Source of the DNA: Myxococcota bacterium
GTDB taxonomy: Bacteria; Myxococcota_A; SURF-8
Assembly (NCBI GenBank): GCA_965140415.1
Contig: OZ223209.1
Coordinates: 1,760,001 to 1,824,000 of the forward strand
DNA: 64,000 bases
Direction of reading: 5' to 3'
Each line of letters starts with the position of its first letter. Within the stretch, counting starts at the first letter, position 1. Below the pieces are notes generated by a model, which did not search any database, was not told the DNA's origin, and was given only the letters and a program-made list of their open reading frames with translations. The position numbers and the translations under genes were made by a program. Below, one piece after another: positions 37,877 through 48,038 of the stretch.

Positions 37877-39772
37877 TTATTCAGCTTTCGGTTCTTCGTC
37901 AGCAGTCTCAGTCGCTTCTTCTGCCGGAGCAGCTTCTTCCGCCGGGGCCGCTTCTTCTGCCGGAGCGGCTTCTTCCGCCGGAGCCGCTTCTTCCGCCGGA
38001 GCCGCTTCTTCTGCCGGGGCTGCTTCTTCCGCCTGGGCTGCTTCTTCCGCCGGAGCGGTTTCATCCGAATTCAGTTGCAGTTTCTGCTTGATAGCCGCAC
38101 CCAGGTTGGTGGTAGACGCGCCACCCAGGTTCATGTACTCGGCCATTTCCAGTTTTTCCTGGTTGTTCAGCAGGGAACGGATCGACAGAGCGATTTTGCG
38201 TTCCACCGGGTCCAGATGCTTGATCTCGGCTTTGACTTCCTGACCTTCTTTCAACACCTGGTTGGGATCTTCGATACGTTCGTGAGAAATTTCCGATACG
38301 TGGATCAGACCCTCGACGCCGTCCTCGATCTCCATGAAGGCACCGAATTCGGTGATCTTGGAAATGTGACCGGAAACCACCATGCCGGAATAATATTTTT
38401 CCGGGATGCGTTTCCAGGGATCGGGCACCAGTTGCTTGATACCGAGCGAGAAGCGTTCCTTGTCCGGATCGATGTTGAGCACGACCGCTTCCACTTCCTG
38501 GCCCTTCTTGTACATTTCGGAAGGATGCTTGACTTTCTGCGTCCAGGAAATGTCGGAAACATGCACCAGGCCGTCGATGCCTTCTTCGATACCGATGAAC
38601 ACACCGAAATCGGTGATATTGCGGATCTTGCCACGGATAACGGTACCCTTCGGGTATTTCTCTTCCAGCAGCGACCAGGGGTTGGCTTCGACCTGCTTCA
38701 TACCCAGGCTGATGCGGCGGTTGGACACGTCGATGTCCAGAATCACCACTTCCACTTCGTCGCCGACGGAGACCAGCTTGGACGGATGCTTGATGCGCTT
38801 GGTCCAACTCATTTCCGAAACGTGGATCAAGCCTTCGATGCCTTCTTCCAATTCGACGAATGCGCCGTAATCGGTCAGGCTCACAACCTTGCCGCTGACT
38901 TTGGATTCGACCGGGTATTTCTCCAGGGCATTTTCCCAGGGATCCGGCGTCATTTGTTTCAAGCCCAGGCTCACGCGCTCGCTCTCTTCGTCGAACTTGA
39001 GCACTTTGACTTTGACTTCGTCGCCGATACCGAACATTTCGGAAGGATGATTCACGCGGCCCCAGGACATATCGGTGATATGCAGCAGACCGTCGATGCC
39101 GCCCAGATCCACGAACGCACCGTAATTGGTGATGTTCTTGATGATACCGGTGACAACCATCGACTCTTGCAGGTTCTCCAGAGTCTTGGTCTTCATCGCT
39201 TCGCGTTCTTTTTCCAACAACGCCCGGCGGGAAAGCACGATGTTGCCGCGCTTTTTGTTAAACTTGATGACCTTGAATTTCATCTTCTGGCCGATCAGTT
39301 TATCCAGGTTGCGCACGGGGCGCAGGTCCACTTGGGAACCGGGGAGGAAGGCTTTCACGCCGATATCGACGGACAGACCACCTTTGATGCGCGCTACGAT
39401 CGTACCTTCGATCAGTTCGTCGCGCTCACAGTCTTCACAGATCTTGTCCCATACTTTCTGGCGATCCGCTTTTTCCTTGGACAATACGATCTGGCCGTCT
39501 TCATCCTCGATCTCTTCAAGGATGACGTCGATCTTGTCGCCGGGTTCGATGGTGTAGCCACCGGCGTGATCGGAAAATTCGGACAGATCGATCAGACCTT
39601 CGGATTTGTAGCCGATATCCACCAGGACGTGATCTTTGGAGATCTCCAGCACGGTGCCGGTGACCATTTCACCTTCTTTGATGTCGCGAGTTTGCAAACT
39701 CGATTCGAACATCGCGGCGAAATTTTCTTCCTCTACTTCGTTGACGGGGTTGTTTACGTTTTCTTGTGACAT
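37877..39772 (-). CDS. rpsA: 30S ribosomal protein S1
   Basis: Six S1 domains (DIGYKSEG, AFLPGSQVD, GAFVDLGGIDGLLHITDMSW...). Confidence 0.98.
   Translation of the reverse strand: MSQENVNNPVNEVEEENFAAMFESSLQTRDIKEGEMVTGTVLEISKDHVLVDIGYKSEGLIDLSEFSDHAGGYTIEPGDKIDVILEEIEDEDGQIVLSKEKADRQKVWDKICEDCERDELIEGTIVARIKGGLSVDIGVKAFLPGSQVDLRPVRNLDKLIGQKMKFKVIKFNKKRGNIVLSRRALLEKEREAMKTKTLENLQESMVVTGIIKNITNYGAFVDLGGIDGLLHITDMSWGRVNHPSEMFGIGDEVKVKVLKFDEESERVSLGLKQMTPDPWENALEKYPVESKVSGKVVSLTDYGAFVELEEGIEGLIHVSEMSWTKRIKHPSKLVSVGDEVEVVILDIDVSNRRISLGMKQVEANPWSLLEEKYPKGTVIRGKIRNITDFGVFIGIEEGIDGLVHVSDISWTQKVKHPSEMYKKGQEVEAVVLNIDPDKERFSLGIKQLVPDPWKRIPEKYYSGMVVSGHISKITEFGAFMEIEDGVEGLIHVSEISHERIEDPNQVLKEGQEVKAEIKHLDPVERKIALSIRSLLNNQEKLEMAEYMNLGGASTTNLGAAIKQKLQLNSDETAPAEEAAQAEEAAPAEEAAPAEEAAPAEEAAPAEEAAPAEEAAPAEEATETADEEPKAE
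37913..38058 (-). repeat. 18-bp tandem repeat encoding (APAEEA)n, ~8 copies
   Basis: C-terminal tail of S1. Confidence 0.9.
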
Positions 39773-39860
39773 GAATTGCTTCGCAAATCTCCCAATTACA
39801 ATAAGGTTTGTGCATCCAGGGAGAATGTCGATGCACGAACCTGGGCCTCTAAGGGGGCGT

Positions 39861-39889
39861 ACTTTACCCGCTTAACCCTGCATTGTCAA
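39861..39889 (-). promoter_or_regulatory. sigma70 promoter of rpsA
   Basis: TTGACA-17 nt-TAAAGT on minus strand. Confidence 0.65.
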
Positions 39890-39937
39890 AGTATTTTTTT
39901 GCTCGGAAAAGCAACCGTGGACAATAAATTCCATTCG

Positions 39938-42322
39938 CTAGAATCGAGACAAAACCGACTTGGCTGCCTCGGCCACAGCGGATTGGCCGTCTTTGGAGGC
40001 TGCTTTAATGGCTTTCTCCACTTCCGGATATTGGAATGCTGCCAGGGCGAAGCAGGCACGCGCTCGAACTTCGGGATTTTTCGTGCGATTTTTAGAGAAA
40101 ATTCCTTCTTTTTTCAAGGCGGTCAGCAGGTAGGGAACCACCGAGCGATCACCGATTTTGGACATGGCGGTAATGGCATCGATCTGTAGGCCGTCGTCTT
40201 CTTCGACCTGCGCGATCGTACGTTTGGAAATGAAATCGGCCATCATAGGGATCGATTCCGTGTCCTTGAGCACACCCAACAGTGAGATGGCAATCCGTTT
40301 CACACCGAGATCGCTATCGGAAATCAACGGGCGGATGATATCCGCAGCTTCATTCGGGTCCAGCGCCGCAAGTGCTTTGGCGGCTTCCTTTCGAACACGA
40401 GGATCTTCGTTGGAAACAAGTGGAACCACCCATTCCGCATGATCCTGATTTCCTATTTCTTCTAGTAATACAAGCATGTTACGGTGGACATACCAGGGGT
40501 TTCCAGCTGCGCCTAATTCCATTCGCACCGATTCCAGCACGTCGCCTCCCATATTGGAGAGGAGATCCAGAATTTTACGGCGAACCTTGCGATCCTCACT
40601 GGATTTCAACAGTTCCAATAAGGCATTCAGCATGCGATTTCCCATTTGGGAAATCAACTTGGACACCTTTTCTAGCATATCGGGTTCGCCATGCTGATAA
40701 ACCGTCAACAGCATACGAATCACTTCTTCGGATGCCACCATGTCCAGAGCCGATTGTGCCCTCAATTTTTGATCGTGATTCCGTTGCGCATCCTCACTGC
40801 AATGAGATTTAAATAAGGTAGAAATCTTCGTAGCGGTTTCATAACCTTCGTTAAAGATCAACTCTCGTGCCGCATGTTCCAGAAAATCGGAAATAGACTT
40901 ATATACGGAGTTGAACTCAAGCTGCTCTTCCATCTTTCGGACCATGATATCCACCAGACGGTCCAAATTCGGATGGAAAATCACTTCCGCTACGATCTCT
41001 TTCAGTCCTGCCGTTACAGATGCGATATCACCGACGGTCAGTCGGTCATACATTTCCATCACGCGGTCCAGCGCTTCTCGATTAACGGTGCCATCGTTGT
41101 TTAAAAACGATTTCGGAGCGCGGGTGTCCTCGCTCGGTGCAGCTGTCTCTGCGCGTTCAACGAGTTGCTCGGCCACGCTTTCCTTAATCAATCCAGCACC
41201 TTGCAGCTTTTCAATCATTTCCGGGAAATGGCTGCGTTCCATGTTGGTATTGATCAGGGTTTTCACTAAGTCCTTAATTGCGGCAATCTTGACTTGTCGT
41301 TCCTCGGGGGACATCCTACCCGCGTTTTGTTTGAGGTTGCTGACTTCCTCGATAACATACTGAGTCAGATCAAGCACTTCCCCGGAATCCAGGTGATCGA
41401 ACACGTTCTGTTCGATTTCCAATTTGGAAAAATCCGTTGGGTTCTGGCGTTCGTTGTACAGTACGGAGCCGATGACTTCCGGTTCGAATTCGGCAACGGC
41501 TTCAGCCAGGCTGTCTTTAAAAACCTCTTTCTGACCTTCATCGGCGATCTGCATGGTCATGTAATAACCACGCGCCATCACGTCGATCAGTTTCTGGGCT
41601 TTAACCGCAATGATATCTTCTTCGCCACCGGCCTGGCTTCTTTCTTGCTCATCGACGTCCGCATGCGCGACGATCATCGATTTCAAGATGTCGGAAAACT
41701 CTTCCGTATCTCCCATCATTTCCAGCAGTTCGCTGGTATCGACATCATCTCCCATGTCATCGGAAAGCATCTTCGCCAACAACTGTTCCTGATGCTTCCG
41801 GTTTTCCTCTTCTTCCTGGGTGGTCGCAACGTAAATGCGCTCGTTCAGGTTGATATTGGCGATTCCCTTTTCTTCCAACAGTGCCGGAAGGGAACCCAAT
41901 TCTTTTAATTCATTCGGTTTTTTGCTAAGAAGCACCAGGAAGTTGATCAACTCTTCAGCGGAGGTCTTTTTCTTGAAGGTCAAGCTCTGAATATTACGTT
42001 CAATCAAGGATGTCGTAAAATCAATAACCGGAGCGCGTTTGCGATCGCGTTCGTCCAGTTGCTGGCCATCGACCAGCAGCAATCCGTTCACTTCGCTAAA
42101 GGTGATGGAAGACTGCATTTCCAACACTTTTTGCAGGTTGTTGGAAACTTTTTCTACGGCATTGGCGATGGTTTTCGATCCGGGAGGGTACATCCCCAAA
42201 CTGACGGTCGTTGCTCGAATGCTGGTAATAAAGTCAACCGTAAAGCGACTTACTTTCGCTTGGTTCACCACGGAATCAAGAGATTCTTCTTCAACATCGA
42301 ATGCATTTAGGAAGATCAACAT
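39938..42322 (-). CDS. HEAT-repeat protein
   Basis: C-terminal repeats DRKVRR, PWYVHRN, DPRVRKEAAKAL, PEVRARACFAL; N-terminal MYPPGS segment. Confidence 0.85.
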   Translation of the reverse strand: MLIFLNAFDVEEESLDSVVNQAKVSRFTVDFITSIRATTVSLGMYPPGSKTIANAVEKVSNNLQKVLEMQSSITFSEVNGLLLVDGQQLDERDRKRAPVIDFTTSLIERNIQSLTFKKKTSAEELINFLVLLSKKPNELKELGSLPALLEEKGIANINLNERIYVATTQEEEENRKHQEQLLAKMLSDDMGDDVDTSELLEMMGDTEEFSDILKSMIVAHADVDEQERSQAGGEEDIIAVKAQKLIDVMARGYYMTMQIADEGQKEVFKDSLAEAVAEFEPEVIGSVLYNERQNPTDFSKLEIEQNVFDHLDSGEVLDLTQYVIEEVSNLKQNAGRMSPEERQVKIAAIKDLVKTLINTNMERSHFPEMIEKLQGAGLIKESVAEQLVERAETAAPSEDTRAPKSFLNNDGTVNREALDRVMEMYDRLTVGDIASVTAGLKEIVAEVIFHPNLDRLVDIMVRKMEEQLEFNSVYKSISDFLEHAARELIFNEGYETATKISTLFKSHCSEDAQRNHDQKLRAQSALDMVASEEVIRMLLTVYQHGEPDMLEKVSKLISQMGNRMLNALLELLKSSEDRKVRRKILDLLSNMGGDVLESVRMELGAAGNPWYVHRNMLVLLEEIGNQDHAEWVVPLVSNEDPRVRKEAAKALAALDPNEAADIIRPLISDSDLGVKRIAISLLGVLKDTESIPMMADFISKRTIAQVEEDDGLQIDAITAMSKIGDRSVVPYLLTALKKEGIFSKNRTKNPEVRARACFALAAFQYPEVEKAIKAASKDGQSAVAEAAKSVLSRF

Positions 42323-42542
42323 AGAATGCCCCTACGCTCCCGTTTGAGAGTTTATTGCCCGATAAACCTACTTCAACCGGAACATATTAGCAGAGGTATG
42401 TCAGGCAATCAAAACATTAATTTACTTTTCCGGAAAGAATAGGGTAGCTATTTCCTCTAGTTACTTGGTTGTTTTTGCTCCATGCCTTACTCGGAGAATC
42501 GTCTGTTTTCTGGCTCATCCCGTAAAAGTATGGTAAATACTA

Positions 42543-43634
42543 GTGGATGAAGATTCTTCAAATCGAATCAACAAAGCGGAAAAAATGAGAATTACAAAGC
42601 GTAGTCAACAATTTGTAACCTTCCTGAAGCAGAACTTGACAACAAGCAAAGCGGTTGTCGTATTGCATGACAATCCGGACCCGGATACCTTGGCAGCCGG
42701 ACTTTGTTTAAAGAAGATCTTCGAGAACGCATATAAAGTGCCAACGACCATCGTTTACGGGGGAATCGTTGGGCGTGCGGAAAATCGAAAAATGGTTCAA
42801 GCTTGCGGAATACAAGCGCAGAAAGTTAGGAATTACAAGGAAGATAGCGACACCTTCGTTGCCGTGGTCGATACCCAGCCCGGTGTTGGAAACAACGTAT
42901 TGGAGCCGACGGCGAAGGTCGATGTCGTTGTCGATCATCACCCGCGTGTTCGATCTACCTGGAAAATGCCCTGGGTGGATGTTCGTCCCAAATACGGTGC
43001 AACGGCCACTATCGCGCTCGAATATCTGTTGGCTCACAATCTGGAACTGACCAAGCCTGAAGCTACCGCTTTATTGTATGCCTTGAAGAGTGAAACCCAG
43101 GATCTGGGTCGGGAAGCCTCCGTTGCAGATCGGCGCGCCTACTTCTATCTGTTTCCTAAAAGCGATTTCAACGTGTTATTTCAGATCGCCAATGCGGAAG
43201 TTACACGGGAATACTTTCAAGTGCTGGCTCGTGCGCTGGAAAACGCCAAAATACACAACAACGTTCTGGTTTCCGCCCTTGGGGAAATTGAAATCGCGGA
43301 TTATGTGGCGGAAGTGGCGGACATGCTGCTGCGCCTGAAGGGCGTCAACTGGACCTTCGTTCTCGGTCGCTTCAAAGGGGCGATGATTCTTTCCATGCGC
43401 ACTCTGCAACATGACAGTGATGCCGGGATGGTGATGAAGCAGGTGGTTGAAGGTCTTGGGACCGGTGGCGGTCACGAAATGATGGCCGGGGGGCGCATCG
43501 ATGAAATCAAGGAAGTCGATGGTGCCGAGCCCATGGAAGAGGAACTCTCCTCCCGGTTCCTGCGCGCGCTTAGAAAGCGTAGCAAGGGGCAGGAATTGCT
43601 GGATGGTCCACCTGCAAACAAGCCTCCGCAGTAA
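42543..43634 (+). CDS. DHH/DHHA1 phosphoesterase (NrnA-like)
   Basis: HDNPDPD, VDT, VDHH, GGGHEMMAGG; start may be 42585. Confidence 0.9.
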   Translation: MDEDSSNRINKAEKMRITKRSQQFVTFLKQNLTTSKAVVVLHDNPDPDTLAAGLCLKKIFENAYKVPTTIVYGGIVGRAENRKMVQACGIQAQKVRNYKEDSDTFVAVVDTQPGVGNNVLEPTAKVDVVVDHHPRVRSTWKMPWVDVRPKYGATATIALEYLLAHNLELTKPEATALLYALKSETQDLGREASVADRRAYFYLFPKSDFNVLFQIANAEVTREYFQVLARALENAKIHNNVLVSALGEIEIADYVAEVADMLLRLKGVNWTFVLGRFKGAMILSMRTLQHDSDAGMVMKQVVEGLGTGGGHEMMAGGRIDEIKEVDGAEPMEEELSSRFLRALRKRSKGQELLDGPPANKPPQ

Positions 43635-43665
43635 GCGCATGAACTGTGAGATGAAAGAAAAGCGA

Positions 43666-46600
43666 ATGTTCACTGCTTTTGTGTATGTTTATAAATGTTG
43701 CAGATCGATTCCAACTAGCTTCCGCGAAACTACGATTCCTGCTTCAATCCTGTTGCTTCTTCTCAGTCTGTTTCTCGTTTCAGCTCCGGCGTGGGCGAAA
43801 ACACCTGTTTTCGATCCTGAAGTTGCCTATCCGGATGTGATCGAACCGTTACTGACCAACTCTTTAAATGATCTTTCCCCACAGCAACGCATTCAGTTGG
43901 CATCGCATTTCGCTCATACAGAACATCCGGCAATGGCTAGCTATCTTTTAGATGCGGTTGCAAACGGTAATGCAGATCCGCACCTGCTGGACATCCGTTT
44001 CCGGATTGCTGCCAGTGTGAAGCAGTACGATAGGGCATTGGGCTTAGCCAAAGAACTGATCGAAACGCTGAAACCATCAAAGCAGGTGTCGTCTGATCTA
44101 TGGGATGAGCGGTTAGCGTATGTGCTGAGCTGGCTGCATGAGTATTCCTACTGGCAACAAGGCCGGGAGTTGGCAGAGAAGGCAAGCAAGCGTTTCCCGG
44201 ACTGGCCCAAGCTCGCGGCGCAAGCGCTGCATTTTCAACTCGAAACCGAATCCTGGGAGGAAATCGGCGCATCGGTCCGGGAACGGGTGATAAACTGCCC
44301 GTCTTCCATCGGCTGCCTGGAGCTGGCACTTGTTTTGCGACAGACGGGACATCCCGAGCTGGCCCAGCTTGCCGTTATTCAAGCATGGCGGACTGCGCGC
44401 AGTTTTCAAGAGCAACTCGAGCTCTTCCGTTTTACGGATCGAAGCGATAGCCCGGCATTTTCCGAACGGATGCTTCAGCATCTGTTTCAACAAAAGCCGA
44501 CAGACGCCCAAATTGTCGCTTTAGCTAGTGCTGCCAAGCATTCTCGGTCATGGCTGGCTAAGCAATTGGATGGCAACGAAAAACAGCCTTCCGAACTCTT
44601 GTGGGCTAGGATCATGCTACTAATTCAAAGTGGAGACACCAAGCAGGCTGTGGCGCTATTGCCGCCGCTGGAAAAAACGCCGCTTTCTGCCGAGCAGCTG
44701 TATCGGGAATTATTTGTGGTCCGGCAATTACTGGATGCGCTTGGCGCGGGTGCGGAAAAGGCAGTCGTGCAAGCCCGTGAACACGAGCTGTTGCACATGT
44801 TTCCCCCAAAGACGCTCAGCCCGTTATGGCGGCTGCGTTTGCTCTCTCTGGTGCGTGAGGTTGCCGATCCCAAAACCAAGCAGGTGGTTTTGGCTGAAGT
44901 GCAGAAGCTTGCAGAACCAGATAATCTTTTCGTTCATGGTGCGGAACTGCGCATCCGGCAGCAGATGGGGCAGGGTGAAAGCGTGGCCAACCTGCTGCGG
45001 CAGGATATGGAAACGAATGCAAAGGATAATTTATCCGTTCGATCCGTCATGATTGAACAGGCCATGCAGATGAATCGCGATGGTTGTTTCGATTCAGACT
45101 CCCGCGCACGCGAAGCGCTGGCTGATGCGCTCTCGAAATTGGTTCCCAAGCAACTGACTCACTTTGTTCTGTTGCAAGCTCTTGAGTCTCTCACCGAGCT
45201 GGATAAGCGTTTCGAAGTCGCTGAATTGCTGCGTAAGATCGACACGGAAACCTGGTCTGTCGCTCAACGCCTGGAAATATCACACCTGATTCTTGCCAAT
45301 CGATTAAACCGCGAGGCGGGAAGTTTTCTGGAGTCGATTCAGGCTGCGGAAACTCGTGACCGGCTCGAGCAGATCGAGCAGTTGTTTTTGGCCGATCGTC
45401 ACGAGCAGGCCCAGGCGGTTTGCTTCGCTTTGGAAAACGATGCTGCGAATTCTTCTCTGGACCTTGCGCGAAGACTGCTTCCGCATTACTTGAATTATCG
45501 GTCCTCTTTGACCTTCCTGAGTCGTCAGCAACGTATCGGGTTGGATATCTTCACCCAACTGATCATCCGCAATTTGTTGCGGCACATCGATCAGGCCAAG
45601 GCTTCCGCCGATTGGGCAACCGTCATCGATATCGTCACGCGTATGATGCAAGAGCGGATAAAAGACGAGAAACGCAATTCCCTTCGCAAGGCGCTGTGGG
45701 AAGTGGATGTCGATCTCGATGCTGTCCTGTTCGATGTCTACCAGCGATTCCAGTCTTTCGGTCCGCAACCGTTGGATAGGCGTTTGACGATTCTGACCGC
45801 TCTGGTTAAGGCTCCGAATCCGGATTTCTTTTCCGTTGCCTGGCAGCATGTCGCCGAACTTAAGCTTTCCGCCAGTCAATTGCAGCATTTGATTCGGGCC
45901 TTGTCACTGCGACGGCAGACGGATATGCAGCCCCTGATCGACGAGTTGATGGAAAAGTGGCTCGATGCTTTGGACGAAGACACGAAAGATCATTTACTGG
46001 CCGCTCACGCTTTGCAGGCCAGTGCGGCGGCGATTGAGCAGCAAGGGGTCCAGCAATCCGAGATAGACCGGCTTCAATCGAAGCAGGAAGATATTGAGAT
46101 TTTGCAGGCTACCTTGGACCGGATGGATAAGCGTATTCAGGATGCCCGCAACGCGGTGGAACTCGTTCCTGCGCATGCAACGCTTGAACTGACGGCGAAG
46201 GCGGAAACGCACGGATTCAATACGGCGGAAGTCAATGAGCAGATGATGCACTATGACTGGTTATTGGAAGACTGTCTCTTGGACACGAAAGGTCTGGTGC
46301 AGCCGGTCAGTTTTTCGATGGAAGCGACGACCGACCGCTACGGTCAGATCCGCCAGGTGTCCTTCAGTAAAGCGCCCAGCGGCATCGCTGCCGAGCGGAC
46401 CTGTCTGCGCAATCGCTTGAAAGGTCTGACTCTGGCGAATGTTGAAGCGCCCTTCGGAGTCGGTTTCCTGATCGTGCGCATCGATCCTACCCGGAAAAGA
46501 GGGATGACCGTTCTTGCGCTGGATCATCAGGAACAGCAGATCAAGCTGACCCGGATGGTGATAACGCAACATCTGGATGACTTGAAATCGGAACGCTCCC

Positions 46601-46854
46601 GTCGCATGGATGCAATATTACAGCAACAGAAACTGGCGCGACGCTTGATGATGCTGGCCTATCGCAGCAGTTTCGATCCTGCAATTTATCGAACCGCCTC
46701 CTGGTGGTTTGACGTCATGGGAGACGATCCGGAATTCGCCCGAAAAATAAAGGGCGAAGTCAAATGGATTCAAGCGGCCAAGTTGTCGCCGGTGGCTTTG
46801 CTCGCGCTTGTGGTGGTCTGGCTGCTTCGGCGTCGGCGTAAGAAAAAACGGTAG
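43666..46854 (+). CDS. large exported helical protein with C-terminal TM + poly-basic tail
   Basis: Signal-like LLLLLSLFLVSAPAWA; ends LSPVALLALVVVWLLRRRRKKKR; start uncertain. Confidence 0.75.
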   Translation: MFTAFVYVYKCCRSIPTSFRETTIPASILLLLLSLFLVSAPAWAKTPVFDPEVAYPDVIEPLLTNSLNDLSPQQRIQLASHFAHTEHPAMASYLLDAVANGNADPHLLDIRFRIAASVKQYDRALGLAKELIETLKPSKQVSSDLWDERLAYVLSWLHEYSYWQQGRELAEKASKRFPDWPKLAAQALHFQLETESWEEIGASVRERVINCPSSIGCLELALVLRQTGHPELAQLAVIQAWRTARSFQEQLELFRFTDRSDSPAFSERMLQHLFQQKPTDAQIVALASAAKHSRSWLAKQLDGNEKQPSELLWARIMLLIQSGDTKQAVALLPPLEKTPLSAEQLYRELFVVRQLLDALGAGAEKAVVQAREHELLHMFPPKTLSPLWRLRLLSLVREVADPKTKQVVLAEVQKLAEPDNLFVHGAELRIRQQMGQGESVANLLRQDMETNAKDNLSVRSVMIEQAMQMNRDGCFDSDSRAREALADALSKLVPKQLTHFVLLQALESLTELDKRFEVAELLRKIDTETWSVAQRLEISHLILANRLNREAGSFLESIQAAETRDRLEQIEQLFLADRHEQAQAVCFALENDAANSSLDLARRLLPHYLNYRSSLTFLSRQQRIGLDIFTQLIIRNLLRHIDQAKASADWATVIDIVTRMMQERIKDEKRNSLRKALWEVDVDLDAVLFDVYQRFQSFGPQPLDRRLTILTALVKAPNPDFFSVAWQHVAELKLSASQLQHLIRALSLRRQTDMQPLIDELMEKWLDALDEDTKDHLLAAHALQASAAAIEQQGVQQSEIDRLQSKQEDIEILQATLDRMDKRIQDARNAVELVPAHATLELTAKAETHGFNTAEVNEQMMHYDWLLEDCLLDTKGLVQPVSFSMEATTDRYGQIRQVSFSKAPSGIAAERTCLRNRLKGLTLANVEAPFGVGFLIVRIDPTRKRGMTVLALDHQEQQIKLTRMVITQHLDDLKSERSRRMDAILQQQKLARRLMMLAYRSSFDPAIYRTASWWFDVMGDDPEFARKIKGEVKWIQAAKLSPVALLALVVVWLLRRRRKKKR

Positions 46855-46910
46855 GCGAACTGACCGTACACGATATTTCACATGACAATCGTTCATGATC
46901 TGGAGTCACT

Positions 46911-48026
46911 ATGAAAGCCTTGGTTTTACCTAAATCAGGAGACTTGCTATCCCTGCATTTCGAATCCTATCCGGAGCCTGAACCGGGGCCGGGAGAAGTG
47001 ATCGTGCGCGTTGCCGCCGTCGGCCTGAATCCCGTCGACGCCAAGCTGGCGTTAAGTGGATGGCCGAGTTGGCGCTACCCGCATGTCCTCGGTCTGGACG
47101 TGGCTGGAATCGTCTGGTCGGTTGGCGAAGAGGTTCAAAACTGGCGCGAAGGTGACGCCGTCGTGTTTCACGGTGACTTGCGCCGCCCCGGCGGACTGGC
47201 CGAGCTTGTCTGTGCTCCGGCCCATGTGTTGGCTTCCATTCCTGAATCGGTGCCTTTTGCGGATGCCGCTGCCTTGCCCTGCGCCGGGCTGACCGCGTTT
47301 CACATTCTGTTCAGGCGCATGCACCTGCATCCCGGCCAGACCTTATTGGTACAGGGGGGCGCCGGCGGCGTGGGCGGGTTTGCCGTTCAACTGGCGGCTT
47401 ATCACAAGCTCCAGGTTGTTGCGACCTGTTCCGCTCGGAATTTCCCGACCGTACTGGATCTGGGCGCGATGCACGTGCTCGATTACGAATCGGAAGAATG
47501 GCCAGAAGACGTGATGGAACTGACGGACGATCGCGGGGTGGATGCCGCAATCGATATCGTCAGTTCGCAGAGCGCTGCACAAACGCTGGAACTATTGGCG
47601 TATGGCGGTCAACTGGCCTGCGTGGCCGGTATGCCGGATCTGGGAGCGGATGCTCCCTTTATGCGTGGAATTTCCATCCACGACATCGCCCTTGGCGGCG
47701 CTTATCTGTCGGGAGACTATCGTGCCCAGCAGGATCTGGCCAAGATGCTGGATGAACTGCTTTCGCTGGTGGCGCGGCATGAGATTCAACCGCGTGTCGA
47801 ACGTCTTGTGGAGTGGGATGAAGTGGGAGAAGCGTTAAAGGGTTTGCTCGATGGCCACACGCGCGGCAAGCTGGTTGCCAATATCGCGCAACTGGACAAA
47901 AAGCGTCTGCGAAATTCGAAACTCGTTTCGCTGGATGAAATCCCAACCGAATTGCGCGATCTCTCGGAACGACGTGAAAAAGGGAATCTGCGCGTTGCCC
48001 GCGTGGAAGAGGACAACGAGGAATAG
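46911..48026 (+). CDS. MDR-family NAD(P)H oxidoreductase (quinone reductase-like)
   Basis: GLNPVD, LGLDVAG, LPCAGLTA, GGAGGVG. Confidence 0.9.
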   Translation: MKALVLPKSGDLLSLHFESYPEPEPGPGEVIVRVAAVGLNPVDAKLALSGWPSWRYPHVLGLDVAGIVWSVGEEVQNWREGDAVVFHGDLRRPGGLAELVCAPAHVLASIPESVPFADAAALPCAGLTAFHILFRRMHLHPGQTLLVQGGAGGVGGFAVQLAAYHKLQVVATCSARNFPTVLDLGAMHVLDYESEEWPEDVMELTDDRGVDAAIDIVSSQSAAQTLELLAYGGQLACVAGMPDLGADAPFMRGISIHDIALGGAYLSGDYRAQQDLAKMLDELLSLVARHEIQPRVERLVEWDEVGEALKGLLDGHTRGKLVANIAQLDKKRLRNSKLVSLDEIPTELRDLSERREKGNLRVARVEEDNEE

Positions 48027-48038
48027 GCTGTTGTCCTT

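Noticed and set aside
37913-38058. CRISPR-like periodicity
   Set aside because: Head-to-tail coding repeats without unique spacers; no cas genes
37787-39769. 660-aa plus-strand ORF with FFRR repeats
   Set aside because: Antisense shadow of rpsA and its tandem repeat
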